Positions 11,963 to 22,790 of a stretch of 64,000 nucleotides of DNA are shown piece after piece; within the stretch, counting starts at the first letter, position 1; each line of letters opens with the position of its first letter. The notes below the pieces were generated by a model, which was given only the letters and a program-made list of their open reading frames with translations, was not told the DNA's origin and did no database searches. Source of the stretch: an uncultured Pseudomonadota bacterium (GTDB lineage: Bacteria > Myxococcota_A > Polyangia > Fen-1088); contig CAVQDT010000008.1 in NCBI GenBank assembly GCA_963711305.1, forward strand, positions 512,446-576,445, read 5' to 3'. Position numbers and translations under genes: made by a program.

Positions 11963-12994
11963 TCAGCCGCCGCTGCCGACGCCGCCCGCCCGGCGCAGCG
12001 CCGCGCGCGTCTCGCCGACGACTGCGGGGGCTTCGTGGCCGGCGCCGCTCGGGAAATCCTCGCGCCGCGCGCCGGTCATCACCTCCAGGCAGGCGCGCAC
12101 CGACTGCGCCAGCGCCTCGAGGTCGTAGCCGCCCTCGAGCAGCAGCACCAGCTTGCCGCCGCAGTGGCTGCGTGCCAGCTCGGCCAGCGACGTGCACATC
12201 GCCGCGAAGCCGCGCTCGGTGACGATCATGTCGGCCAGCGGATCGCGCGCGTGCGCGTCGAAGCCGGCGGAGACGATCACGATGTCGGGGCGGAACGCCT
12301 CGCCCGCCGGCAGGAACAGGTCGTGAAAGACCGCGCCGTAGTCGGCGTCGCCCTGGCCGGGCGGCAGCGGGCAGTTGACGGTGTAGCCGGCGCCCGCGCC
12401 GCTGCCGACTTCGCCGGATGCGCCGGTGCCCGGGTAGTACGGGTACTGGTGCGACGAGAGATAGAGCACGTCGCGCCGCTGCTCGAAGACGTGCTGGGTG
12501 CCGTTGCCGTGGTGAACGTCCCAGTCGAGCACCATCACGCGCTCGGCGCCCATGCGCCGCGCCGCCTCGGCGGCGATCGCCGCGTTGTTGAGCAGGCAGA
12601 AGCCCATCGCGCCCTGCGCCTCGGCGTGGTGGCCGGGCGGGCGCACCAGCGCGAATGCGTTCTGCGCGCGGCCGTTCCAGACCTCCTCGACGGCGCCGAC
12701 CGCGGCGCCGGCCGCGAGCATCGCCGCGTCGTAGCTGCCCGGCGACATCGCCGTGTCGGGGTCGAGCGCCACCGACGCGCCGGCGAGCGCGCGGAGCTGC
12801 TGCAAGTAGCGCGCGCTGTGCACCGCCTCGATCTCGGCGTCGGTCGCGGCGCGCGGCGTGCGCGTCTCGGTGCCCGCGACCGGCCGCGCGGCGAGGTCGG
12901 CGAGGATCGCCGCCAGCCGCGCCGGCGACTCGGGGTGGCCCGCGCCCGGGTGGTGTTCGAGGAAGCGTGGGTCGGTGAAGATCGACGTCGCCAT
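11963..12994 (-). CDS. Histone deacetylase-family (HDAC/AcuC-like) deacetylase
   Basis: Starts at MATSIFTDPRFLEHH. Motifs: RPPGHHAE, DWDVHHGNGTQ, SAGFDAHARDPL, EGGY. Intact. Confidence 0.85.
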   Translation of the reverse strand: MATSIFTDPRFLEHHPGAGHPESPARLAAILADLAARPVAGTETRTPRAATDAEIEAVHSARYLQQLRALAGASVALDPDTAMSPGSYDAAMLAAGAAVGAVEEVWNGRAQNAFALVRPPGHHAEAQGAMGFCLLNNAAIAAEAARRMGAERVMVLDWDVHHGNGTQHVFEQRRDVLYLSSHQYPYYPGTGASGEVGSGAGAGYTVNCPLPPGQGDADYGAVFHDLFLPAGEAFRPDIVIVSAGFDAHARDPLADMIVTERGFAAMCTSLAELARSHCGGKLVLLLEGGYDLEALAQSVRACLEVMTGARREDFPSGAGHEAPAVVGETRAALRRAGGVGSGG

Positions 12995-13010
12995 GATTGC
13001 CTCCGCGTCG

Positions 13011-14475
13011 CTAGCTCCTGGCCCGCCCCGCGGGCAGGTCGAATTGAAAGGAAGCGCCGCCACCGGGCGCGTCGCTCACGCTCACGTCGCCGCCGTGGTC
13101 GCGCACGATCTCGCGCACGAACGCCAGTCCCAGGCCGGTGCCCTTCTCGCGCGTGGTGAAGAACGGTGTGAAGATCTTCTCGCGCAACGCCATCGGAACT
13201 CCTGGTCCGGAGTCGCTCACTTCGATGCGCACCTTACCATCGCCGAGCGCCAGCCCCGCCGAGGATCACCCGCGGGCGCTCGCCGGCGGCGTTGGGCGCG
13301 CTGCGCGCGGCGGCGACCGCGTTGCGCGCCAGGTTGAGCAGCGCGCGCCGGAGCTGGCCGGCGTCGGCGCGCACGGTGACGCCGGCGGCGGGCGTGTCGA
13401 TCGCGATCGACGGCCCGCCCAGCGCGCCGTCGCTCACCAGCTCGCGGATCTCGTCGAGCAGCGGGCGCAGCGCGACGTCGCCGAGCTCGAGCGGCGGGCG
13501 GCGCGCGTAGTCCAGGAACTCGTTGACCACGGTCTTGAGGTAGCCGATCTCGCGTTCGATGCGGGCGACCTCCTGCAGGCGCTCGGGCTCGCCGCCGAGC
13601 GCGTCGCGCAGCAGACCGGCGTAGAGCTCGAGCCCGCCCAGCGGGTTGCGAACCTCGTGCGCGATGCCCGCCAGCATCATCTGCAGCCGCTCGTCGCGCG
13701 CCTGCAGCGCCGCGCGCATCTCGTCGAGCGTGGTCGCCAGCGAGCCGATCTCGTCGCGGGTCTCGATCGGCACCGCGGTCGCCAGCTGGCCGCGGCCGAT
13801 GCGCTCCGCGGCGCGTGCGAGGCGCGCCACCGGTCCGGTGATGCGGCGGGCGATGAAGATGATCACGACCAGCACGGCAGCGACGGTGATCGCGCTCGCC
13901 GTCAACAGCCAGCGACGGAACGCGGCCAGCGCCACCAGGTAGTCGGCGCTGGCTTCGACGACGGCGTAACCGGCGATGTCACCGCCCGCGGCGCCCGGCC
14001 CGATCGCGGCGTACCCGCGCTTGTAGGGCAGGCCGTCGTGACCGGTGAACAGCGGCGATGCGACGGCGGTCCCGGCGCGCGCGCGCGCGAGCTCGGCGCG
14101 GTCGGCTCCCAGCTCGTACGCCTGCGCGCCCAGGCCCAGGCGGCCGTCGCTGTCGCCGCGCGCGGTGAGATCGGCGGCGACGATCGCCACGCGCCGGACG
14201 TCGAGGCCGGTGCGCGCGAGCTCCAGCTTGCGCCGGATGTTGGCGTAGGTGAGGGAGTCTTCATCGCCGGGCTGCAGCGCGCGGATCTGCTCGGGCAGCA
14301 CCATCATCGCGACGGCGGCTGCCGCGGTGGCGAGGCGTCGCCCCAGCTCGTCTTCGAGTGTGCGCTGCGCCACACGGTGCGCCAGAAATCCGAGCCCGCC
14401 GAGCGCGACGACGGTCGGCAGCAGCGTCCCCGCCAGCAATTTCGCCAGCAACCTGCGAGACGGGCGCCCGGCCAT
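13011..14475 (-). pseudogene. Membrane sensor histidine kinase (periplasmic domain-HAMP-HisKA-HATPase), 1 frame change as sequenced
   Basis: From MAGRPSRRLLAKLL: TM, a second TM plus HAMP, and the H-box MLAGIAHEVRNPL. The ATP-binding part (VSDSGPGVP, TREKGTGLGLAFV) is in ORF 13011-13232 in the next frame. The shift is near 13235-13260. Confidence 0.8.
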
Positions 14476-14626
14476 GACGTGTGCGCAGTCTACCCCGGCA
14501 TGCGCGTCTTCCGCGCGGGTGGGAGCCGCTCGTCCTCTTTCGGCGTCCCGCGCTAGGCTCGGCTCAGTTTCGGCGCCATATTTGACGATGCCAATCGGCG
14601 TTTCGTTTCCGCCTGGGAAAGGGGGC

Positions 14627-15600
14627 ATGACCATGCGCACGATGAGGCTTTCAATTGTCACGGCGTTTTCGCTGCTGGTCGCGTCGGGCGGCTTCGGCGC
14701 CGCCGGTTGCGGGCACACGGAGCAGGGGACGGTGGGGCAGCCGGTTCCGACGGCGCTGCGGTCGCAGCGCCGGCTCGCCTATATGCTGGCCGACGCCGGT
14801 CGCGATCACCGCACAGCCGGATCGCAGCGTCGCCGTGGGGCTGCCTCACGAGCTGCGAAAGCACGTCACGCAGGACATGCGTGAGCTGGGGCTGGACGTC
14901 GATCGCGACGCGGCGGCCGGGCACGATCTGTCGGTGCACCTGTCGGTGAGCGTGCAGGCGGTCGGGCGCCTCTCGCGCGCGCGCGCCGCGATGTACGTCA
15001 TCGCGAGCGATGGACAGATGCTGGAGCAGATCGATTCCGAGCGAGATCATCGAGGCGCCTGATCGCCTCGCAGGCGCGCTCGCGCGCGATCTGGTCGCGC
15101 GGCTCGCGCGCTCGCAGCGACCGGCCGAGTACGCCGACTCGATCTACGGTCAGCGCCTGCGCCCGCTGCGCGACACCGTCGGCCGCCACGCCGCCGGGCG
15201 CGGGAACTACGGCGACGGGATGCCTCCCCAGGAGGCGCTGAACCTGGCGAACAAGTACGGCGTCTACGATACGACGCTGCGGGGCCGTACCGAGCTGGCG
15301 CCGCCGGTCGAGGCGCCGGAGCCGGTACGCGCGGCCGCGCACGAGGACATCCAGCGCGGCCAGGCGCTGCTGGCGGACGGTCGCGCGCGCGACGCGTACG
15401 CCGCCTTCGAGCAGGCCTATCTGCAGAGCGACGACGCCGAGCCGCTGTTCGGCCTGGCCGAGAGCCTGCTGCGCGCCGGCGCGCGCCAGGACGCGCTGAT
15501 CTTCTACCGCGCGTACCTGCACAAGGCCGAGCCCGGCTCGCCCCTGGCGGCGCGGGCGGTGGCGCAGATGAGCGCGATCGAGGGAGCTCCCAAGCCCTGA
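14627..15600 (+). pseudogene. Lipoprotein with TPR-like C-terminus, unknown function, 2 frame changes as sequenced
   Basis: ATG 14627 follows GGGAAAGGGGG. The signal plus lipobox is LLVASGGFGAAGC. The protein continues in frame 0 from about 14800 and in frame 1 from about 15035 to the stop at 15600. The C-terminal part contains GQALLADGRARDAYAAFEQAYL. Confidence 0.5.
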
Positions 15601-15626
15601 GGAGAGGCTGCTTCGCGCGAGGCCTG

Positions 15627-15750
15627 CCCTCACCCCGGCCCTCTCCCGAGTACGGGAGAGGGTGACTTGGTAGTGAAGGCCGGTTCGCGCAAGGGCCCGT
15701 CCGGTCCCCTCTCCCCTGTCCGCGGGGGAGACGGTTAGGGTGAGGGGGAT
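15627..15750. repeat. Pair of REP-like GC-rich palindromic units between convergent genes
   Basis: Unit 1 is CCCTCACCCCGG-CCCTCTCCCG-AGTA-CGGGAGAGGG-TGAC, a 10-bp perfect stem at 15639-15662. Unit 2, inverted, is CCCCTCTCCCC-TGTCCGCG-GGGGAGACGG-TTAGGGTGAGGGGG at 15706-15748. Confidence 0.6.
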
Positions 15751-15770
15751 CCGGTCCGCCGCGCGGCGAC

Positions 15771-16169
15771 TTAGCGCTTGCTGAACTGGAAGCGGGCGCG
15801 GGCGCCGCGCTGGCCGTACTTCTTGCGCTCTTTTTGGCGAGCGTCGCGGGTCAGGTAGCCGGCCTTCTTCAGCGCGCCGCGATACGCGGGATCGACCTTG
15901 GTGAGCACGCGCGAGATGCCGTGGCGGATGGCGTCGGCCTGGCCGGAGAGGCCACCGCCCGACACGTTGACGAACACGTCGAAGCGGCCCGAGGTCTCGG
16001 TCAGCTCCAGCGGCTGGCGGAACACCATGCGCGACGTCTCGCGGCCGAAGTAGTCCTCGAGCGAGCGGCGGTTGATGTCGATCTTTCCGGTTCCAGGCTG
16101 CATCCAGACTCGCGCCACCGCGTGCTTGCGGCGGCCAGTGGCGTAGATACTCTTCTGAATGTCGGGCAT
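15771..16169 (-). CDS. rpsI: 30S ribosomal protein S9
   Basis: 132 aa, [22 protein letters not shown]...[23 protein letters not shown], a typical S9 including the C-terminal SKR. Confidence 0.95.
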   Translation of the reverse strand: MPDIQKSIYATGRRKHAVARVWMQPGTGKIDINRRSLEDYFGRETSRMVFRQPLELTETSGRFDVFVNVSGGGLSGQADAIRHGISRVLTKVDPAYRGALKKAGYLTRDARQKERKKYGQRGARARFQFSKR

Positions 16170-16194
16170 TTCGTCTGGCTCCGGAGTGGAAGAA

Positions 16195-16647
16195 TTAGGT
16201 GAACGCGAGGGGCTTGGGCTGCTGCGCGGCGTGCGGGTGGTTGGCGCCGACGTAGACCTTGAGCTTCTTGTAAATGCGACGGCCGAGCGGACCCTTGGGC
16301 AGCATGCCCCAGACCGCGCGCTTGACCAGGTCGGCCGGGTGCCGATCGAGCAGCTGCTGCGCGGTCTTGGTCTGCAGACCGCCCGGGAACAGCGAGTGGT
16401 CGCGGTACAGCTTGGTGTTCCACTTGTTGCCGGTGAGCGCGATCTTCTCGGCGTTGATGACCACCACGAAATCGCCGGCGTCGGCGTGCGTGGTGAACGT
16501 CGGCCGGTGCTTGCCGCGCAGCACGTCCGCGATCTTCGTCGCGGCGCGTCCCAGCGTTTTTCCCGAGACGTCGGCGACGTACCACGAGTGCTGGAACGAG
16601 GAATTGGCCTGGAAGGTAGAGCGATTACGTACGGCGCTGACCGGCAT
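16195..16647 (-). CDS. rplM: 50S ribosomal protein L13
   Basis: 150-aa ORF with [28 protein letters not shown]...[10 protein letters not shown]. It lies immediately upstream of rpsI, as in the conserved rplM-rpsI operon. Confidence 0.95.
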   Translation of the reverse strand: MPVSAVRNRSTFQANSSFQHSWYVADVSGKTLGRAATKIADVLRGKHRPTFTTHADAGDFVVVINAEKIALTGNKWNTKLYRDHSLFPGGLQTKTAQQLLDRHPADLVKRAVWGMLPKGPLGRRIYKKLKVYVGANHPHAAQQPKPLAFT

Positions 16648-16659
16648 GGAGGGGGCTTT

Positions 16660-17944
16660 TTACTGGAGCGACCGGGCTTTGTCAACCCACGGCAGGCCCG
16701 AAAAGCGCGGTTTCAGCGAGGCGGCTCCAGGGCTCGAGCTGGCCAGGAACTTGCCGATGGCGGCGCAGGCCGCCGTGGCGCGGTCGTCGGGCTCGACCAG
16801 GGCGAAGCGGACGAACCCCTCGCCGCCCGGGCCGAAGCCGACGCCGGGCGCCACCGCGACCCTCGCCTCCGACAGCAGCGCGGAGGCGAAGTCGAGGGCG
16901 CTGCGGTGGCGGTGCGCCGCCGGCAGCGGCGCCCAGACGAACATCGACGCGGTCGGCATCTCGACCGGCCAGCCGGCCGCCGCGAGCCCCTTGACCAGCA
17001 CCTCGGCGCGGTGGCGGTAGCGCGCGCGGTTCTCCTCGACGTCGGCGTCGCAGGTCGCGAGCGCGGTCGCCGCCGCCAGCTGCGTCGGCGCGAAGATGCC
17101 GTAGTCGAGGTAGCCCTTGATCGTCGTCAGCGAGCCGACCAGCGCGTCGTTGCCGACGCAGAAGCCGACGCGCCAGCCCGGCATCGAGTAGCTCTTCGAC
17201 ACGGTGAAGAACTCGACGGCGACGTCGCGCGCGCCTTTCACCTGAAAGATGCTCGGCGCCGGCTTGCCGTCGAACACCAGGTCGGCGTAGGCGAGATCGG
17301 AGATCACCCAGATGTTCTCGCGGTCGGCGAGGCGCACGACCTTCTCGTAGAACGCGAGATCGACCGTCGCCGACGTCGGGTTGTGCGGGAAGTTGACGAT
17401 CAGGCCCTTGGGCTTGCGCGGCGAGCGCGCGAGCGCGGCCTCGATCTCCTTGAAGTGATCCTTGCCGGGCCCGACGGCGACCGGCACCGGCTCGCCGCCG
17501 GCGATGATCACGCCGAAGCGGTGGATCGGGTAACAGGGATCGGGCGAGAGCACGCAGTCGCCCGGGCCGACCAGCGCGAGCAGCAGGTGCGACAGGCCTT
17601 CCTTGGCGCCGATGGTGATGACCGCCTCGCGATCGGGATCGAAGCGTCTGACCGTAGCGGCGCTGGTACCAGTCGCAGATCGCGCGCCGCGTCTCGGGCA
17701 GCCCCTTCGACGGCATGTAGCGCTGGTTGCCGGGGCGCCGCGCCTCGTCGACCAGGCGGTTGATCACCGAATTGGGGCTGGGCCCGTCGGGGTTGCCGAG
17801 GCCGAAGTCGAACACGTCGTGTCCCTCGGCGCGCAGCTTCGACTTGAGCTCGTCGACGGCCGCGAGCACGTACGGCGGCAGCGACGCCAGGCGCGCGAAT
17901 GAACCAAATTTGCCGGAGACTGGACCGGCGGCGGACGGGGGCAT
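16660..17944 (-). pseudogene. Class I/II PLP-dependent aminotransferase (alanine transaminase-like), 1 frame change as sequenced
   Basis: The N-terminal part MPPSAAGPVSGKFGSFARLASLPPYVL...GNQRYMPSKGLPETRRAICDWYQRRYG is in one frame. RFDPDREAVITIGAKEG...NPTSA...SKSYSMPGWRVGF is in the next. The shift is near 17645-17655. Confidence 0.8.
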
Positions 17945-18023
17945 GAGGGGCGAGACATTAATCCGGCCGGGACGTGGATGCCAAGGACAAGCGAATGTCC
18001 GCGCATGTGATAGATGGGGGGCG

Positions 18024-19020
18024 ATGCCGTCGGGCAAGAAGCCGAAGCCAACGCCGAAATCGCCGGCGCAGCGGCCCGAGGCGGCGCGCATCGAGATCCC
18101 GCGCGACAGAGGACGACGTCCAGGTGCGCGTCGCGGCCGACCGCGTCGTGCGGCTCACGAACCTCGGCAAGCTGTTCTGGACCGACGGAGGCGATCACCA
18201 AGCGCGATCTCATCCAGTACTACGCCAACGTCGCGCCGGCGCTGCTGCCGCACCTGCGCGACCGCGCGATGGTGATGAAGCGCTATCCGCACGGCGCCGC
18301 GGGCGAGTTCTTCTTCATGAAGCGCGCGCCCGAGCCGCGGCCCGACTGGATCGAGATCTGCTCGATTCACCACAGCTCGGGCAAGGTGATCGACTTTCCG
18401 ATGATCCAGGACCTGGCGTCGCTGCTGTGGGTCATCAACCTCGGCTGCATCGATCTGAACCAGTGGTACGCGAAGAAGGACGACGTCGATCGCCCCGACT
18501 ACCTGCACTTCGATCTCGATCCGGTGCCCGACGCCGACTTCGCGCGCGTGCGCGAGACCGCGATGGTGCTGCACGAGGCGCTCGACAGCCTGGGCATGCC
18601 CAACTTCGCCAAGACGACCGGCTCGAAGGGGATCCACATCTACGTGCCGATCGTGCGCGGGCCGGTGCAGAAGGACGTGTGGTCGGTGGCCAAGGCGCTG
18701 GCGGTCAATCTGGAGCAGCGCCACCCGAAGCTGATCACCGCCGAGTACAAGATCGCCAAGCGGCCCAAGGGGCGCGTGCTGGTCGACTACAACCAGAACG
18801 CCTGGGGCCACACGCTGGCGTCGATCTACTCGGTGCGCCCCAAGCCGCGCGCGCCGGTGTCGACGCCGGTGACCTGGGACGAGATCGCGAGCGGGATCGA
18901 GATCGCCGACTTTCGCGATCGACAACGTTCCGGCGCGCGTCGCCGAGCGCGGCGATCTTTGGGCGCCGCTCAACGCGGAAGTACGGGCGGTTCGATCTCG
19001 GCGTGCTGCTGGGCGGGTAG
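18024..19020 (+). pseudogene. Stand-alone LigD polymerase/primase (NHEJ) domain protein, about 4 frame changes as sequenced
   Basis: MPSGKKPKP starts in frame 0. Motifs: RLTNLGKLFW, TKRDLIQYYANVAPALLPHL, YLHFDLDP, KTTGSKGIHIYVP, VDYNQN, VRPKPRAPVSTP. The frames run 0,1,2,0,1, with shifts near 18105, 18190, 18915 and 18975. Confidence 0.8.
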
Positions 19021-19075
19021 GGCGCTTTGTGCCTTGACTGAACGTTAGTTCAGGTTAGGCTTTGCGGCTGGAGCG

Positions 19076-20037
19076 ATGAAGCCGGTGCCGCTGTCGAACC
19101 CGCCCAATCCCTGGGCGACCACCGAGGTCGAGTATCTCGACGGCGCGCCCGAGGTGCGGCTCGAGGTCTACGAGGACCACACGCGGCAGATCCTGTCGAA
19201 GAACGACAGCCCCGACGTCGGCTTCACCTGGAGCGTGAATCCGTACCGCGGCTGCTTTCACGCGTGCGCGTACTGCTACGCGCGCCCGTCGCACGAGTAC
19301 CTGAGCTGGGGCGCGGGCACCGACTTCGATCGCAAGATCGTGGTCAAGCCCGAGGCGCCGGCGCTGCTGCGCGCGGCGTTCGCGAAGCGGACGTGGAAGA
19401 AAGAGACCGTCGTGTTCAGCGGCGTCACCGACTGCTACCAGCCGCTCGAGGCGTCGTATCGTCTGACGCGCGGGTGCCTCGAGGTCTGCGTCGAGACCGG
19501 GAACCCGGCCGGCATCATCACCAAGTCGCCGCTCATCGAGCGCGACATCGAGATCCTGGCGGCGCTCGCGCGCACCGCCGGCGTTCACGTGACCGTGAGC
19601 ATTCCGTTCTGGGATCCGGACAAGGCGCGCGCCATCGAGCCGTACGTCGCGACGCCGATCCGGCGCATTCACGTGATCGAAAAGCTCGCGCGCGCCGGCA
19701 TCGAGGTCGGCGTCAACGTCGCGCCGGTGATCCCCGGGCTCAACGACCAGGACATGCCGCGGGTGATGACGGCGGCGCGCGAGGCCGGCGCCACGCACGC
19801 CGGCTTCGTGCTGTTGCGGCTGCCGGGCTCGGTCAAGGCGGTGTTCGAGGAGCGGCTGCGCGCGAATCTACCGCTGCAGGCCGACCGCGTCCTGCACCGC
19901 ATCCGCGAGACCCGCGGCGGCGCGCTCTACGATCCGCGCTTCGGGGTGCGCGGCCGCGGCGAGGGAATCTACGCCGAGGCGATCAAGAGCCTGTTCCAGT
20001 CGACGGCGGCGCGCTCGGCCTGGCCACGCATCACTGA
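19076..20037 (+). CDS. PA0069/SplB-like radical SAM protein (COG1533-type); C-terminus uncertain
   Basis: NPYRGCFHACAYCYAR carries the CxxxCxxC motif. The body is well conserved up to FQSTAAR. As sequenced the frame runs on to 20251 as Arg-rich antisense of the next gene. A frame change near 20010 would give a stop at 20037. Confidence 0.7.
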
Positions 20038-21190
20038 ATCTCGAAGCGCAGCAACGTCACGCGCAGGCCGCCGTTCGTCAGCGGCAGCGCGCCGGCGACC
20101 GGCAGGCGGATCGACTCGGCGAGGCGGCGATCGGCGACCAGCACGCCGGCGCGCCAGCCGCGGAAGTGCGCGCGCAGCACGAAGCCGATCTCGCGATAGA
20201 GCAGAGTCAGCGTGCGCGGGTTGCCGATGCGCTTGCCGTAGGGCGGGTTGAGCAGCACGAGCCCGCGCTCGGCGGTCGGGCGCGCGTCGGTGAGCTCGCG
20301 CCGCTCGATGGTGAGCTCGCTCGCGAGCCCGGCGCGCTCGGCGTTGCGGCGCGCGCTCTCGACCGCCTCGGCACTGCGGTCGGCGCCGGCGATCGGCGCG
20401 TGGTGCGCGCCGCGGCGGGCCGTGTCCTGCGCCTCGTCGCGCATCGCTTGCCAGGCGGCCTGGTGCGCTCCCGCGTGCAGCGGCCACTCCTCGAACGCGA
20501 ACGATCGGTCGATCCCGGGCGCGATCCCCAGCGCCTGCGCCGCCGCCTCGATCGGGATCGTCCCCGCGCCGCACATCGGATCGAGCAGCGCCAGCGACGG
20601 CTCCCAGTCGCACAGCGCGAGCAGCCCCGCGGCCAGCGTCTCGCGCAGCGGCGCCGCCGCGTTCTCCTGCCGCCAGCCGCGCCGGTGCAGCCGCTCGCCC
20701 GACGAGTCGATGCTGACCACGAAGCGATCCTCGGACCCGCGCAGCAGCACGGTCTGGGTCTGCGGCGCTTCGCCGTCACCGATCGCCGCGCCGCGGGCCG
20801 TCGCGCCGCCGCGCCCGTGACGCGCCAGGCGGTCGGCGATGCCCAGCTCGACGGTCTCGGCGATCGCGCCGGTGTGATAGAGCCGGCAGCGCGACGCGCT
20901 GGTGCTGACCTTGATCGCGCGCCCGGGGACGATCAGCGCCTCCCAGGGCAGCGCCGCGATGCCGTGGCGCAGCTTGCCGAACTCGCGCGCGGTCACTTCG
21001 CCGACGCGCGCGAGCACGCGCGTCGCCGTGCGCAGGATCAGATTCGCGCGGTAGCCGACCTCGGGCGGACCGGCGAGCTCGACGCCGCCGTCGACGGCGC
21101 GCACGTCGGTCGCCTCGGGGATGCGCCGCCGCCTCGCGCGCGGTCACCTCCTCCAGGCCGGGCGCGGTGACCACGAACCAGCGCTGCGGC
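20031..21190 (-). pseudogene. THUMP-domain class I SAM-dependent RNA methyltransferase (RlmL/YpsC-like), 1 frame change; start approximate
   Basis: Motifs: LYHTGAIAE, LHRRGWR, APLRETLAAGLL, DPMCGAGTIPIEAA, LLNPPYGKRIG. The N-terminal WFVVTAPGLEEVTAREAAA is in another frame, with the shift near 21105-21125. I could not find a clear start codon. Confidence 0.7.
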
Positions 21191-21859
21191 TCGGCGGGCG
21201 CTTCACGTCGCGCGGCGCGCGGGCCGCGGCGGCCGCCGCTCGCCCCGGTTGCGGCATCGTCTCCGGCCGCCCGTCGAAGCGCAGGTGCGCCAGCACCTCG
21301 ACGGTGCCGCTGCCGCCCGCGACCGGCGAGTCGGCGTGCTCGACCAGCGTGAATCCCAGCCGCTGCGCCTTCTCGGCGAAGCGCTCCAGCGCCGCCCGGC
21401 GGAGCGCCGGATCGTCGACGGCGCCGCTGTCGGCCTTGCCGGCGCGCAGGCGCCGCTCGGGCAGCTCGAACTGCGGCTTGACCAGCACCACGCCGTGCGC
21501 GCCGTCGCGCAACCGGAAGGCGAGGCCGCGCAGCATCGTCGCGCGCGGCCACGAAGCTGACGTCGACGGTGAAGAAGTCGAACGGCCCGGGCGCGGTCGA
21601 CAGCGACAGCGTCGTCCAGTTCGGCGCCTTCGAGGTTCTCGACGCGCGCGTCCGCGCGCAGGCGCGCGTCCAGCTGGCCGTGCCCGCTGTCGACCGCGAC
21701 CACGTGGCGCGCGCCGTGGCGCAGCAGCGCGTCGGTGAAGCCGCCGGTCGACGCGCCGACGTCGACGGCGCTGGCGCCGCGCACGCGCTCGGCGAGCGCG
21801 AAGCGCGACAGCGCCGCTTCGAGCTTGCGCCCGCCGCGGCTGAAATCTGGCCCGGTCAC
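21144..21859 (-). pseudogene. tlyA: TlyA-family rRNA 2-prime-O-methyltransferase (FtsJ-like domain only), 2 frame changes as sequenced
   Basis: [17 protein letters not shown]...[16 protein letters not shown]...[11 protein letters not shown] is in the first frame, [14 protein letters not shown] in the next, and VLVKPQFE in a third (frames 1,0,2). The N-terminal S4 domain is absent. Confidence 0.7.
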
Positions 21860-21878
21860 GATGCGATCAATGGCGTGA

Positions 21879-22643
21879 TCAGTGGTGAAGAAACAGTGGC
21901 ACCGGCGTCTTGTCGATCAGCGCGCGCGTCACCGATCCCCAGATCATCTCCGACAGCCGCGAGCGACGCGTACGCGCCGCTGACCAGGAGTCCCGCGCCC
22001 AGCTTGCGCCGCAGCTCCAGCAGCGCCTCGGCGATCGGCAGCGCCGAGACCAGGCTGCGCGGCGTGGCGGCGATCGACTCGCTCGCGCAGCAGGTCGACC
22101 CCGCGGCTGGCCATCTCCCACGCCTCGGCCGCCGTCGTCGTGCATGCTGGTCACGTGAACCGTGCGCCCCTGCGCGAGGCCGCTCTCGGCGAACGACGTC
22201 ACCGCGCGCTTCGCCGCCGAGCTGCCGTCGTAGGCGATGAGCACGTCGTGCTCGGCGCGCACCGTCGTCTCGGGGACCAGGATCACCGGCTTGCGCGCGT
22301 GGTGCAGCACGTTGTCGCGCGTCTCGCCGTCCTCTGCGCGGTCCTCGACCAGGAAGCTCGCGCCGCGCGCCAGGATCGTCAGATCGTGGGCGGTCATCTC
22401 CTCGAGGATCGTCGCCGCGGGTTGCCCGTAGACCCGGAGGATGCGGGTCGAGACGCCCACCGCCTGCCCGCGCGCCTCGAACCGCGCCCGGTGCTCGTCG
22501 ACGCCGTCGTGCTTGTCGCCGTTGCTGGCGATGGCCAGCCCCACCAGGCGCGCGCCGTGCTCGCGCGCCAGCTCCAGCGCGAGCTCGATCGCGCGCACGG
22601 TGCCGGGCGAACCTTCGAGGCAGACGAGGATGTCCTTGATCAT
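21879..22643 (-). pseudogene. Tandem universal stress protein (UspA family), about 3 frame changes as sequenced
   Basis: The first Usp domain is MIKDILVCLEGSPGTVRAIELALELAREHGARLVGL...VLHHARKPVILVP. The second domain is broken across frames 2,1,0,2 between about 21950 and 22140. It ends [19 protein letters not shown]-stop. Confidence 0.7.
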
Positions 22644-22790
22644 GAGTGCTCCTGAACCGCGGGGGCGCGTTCCGTCGGGCACGTGCCCGCGGCGCCCGCA
22701 CTATGGCAAGCGGTTCAGTTTTTGTCGCCTGGGGAGCGCGCGGAGCGTCGCGCGCGCAGTCGCGCGGTCAGTCGGCCTGGGGCGACGACG

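Noticed and set aside
20038-20251. C-terminal 70 codons of the radical SAM ORF as sequenced
   Set aside because: They form an Arg-rich tail that is simply antisense of the converging methyltransferase gene. The true stop probably lies near 20037, but the exact frame change is unresolved.
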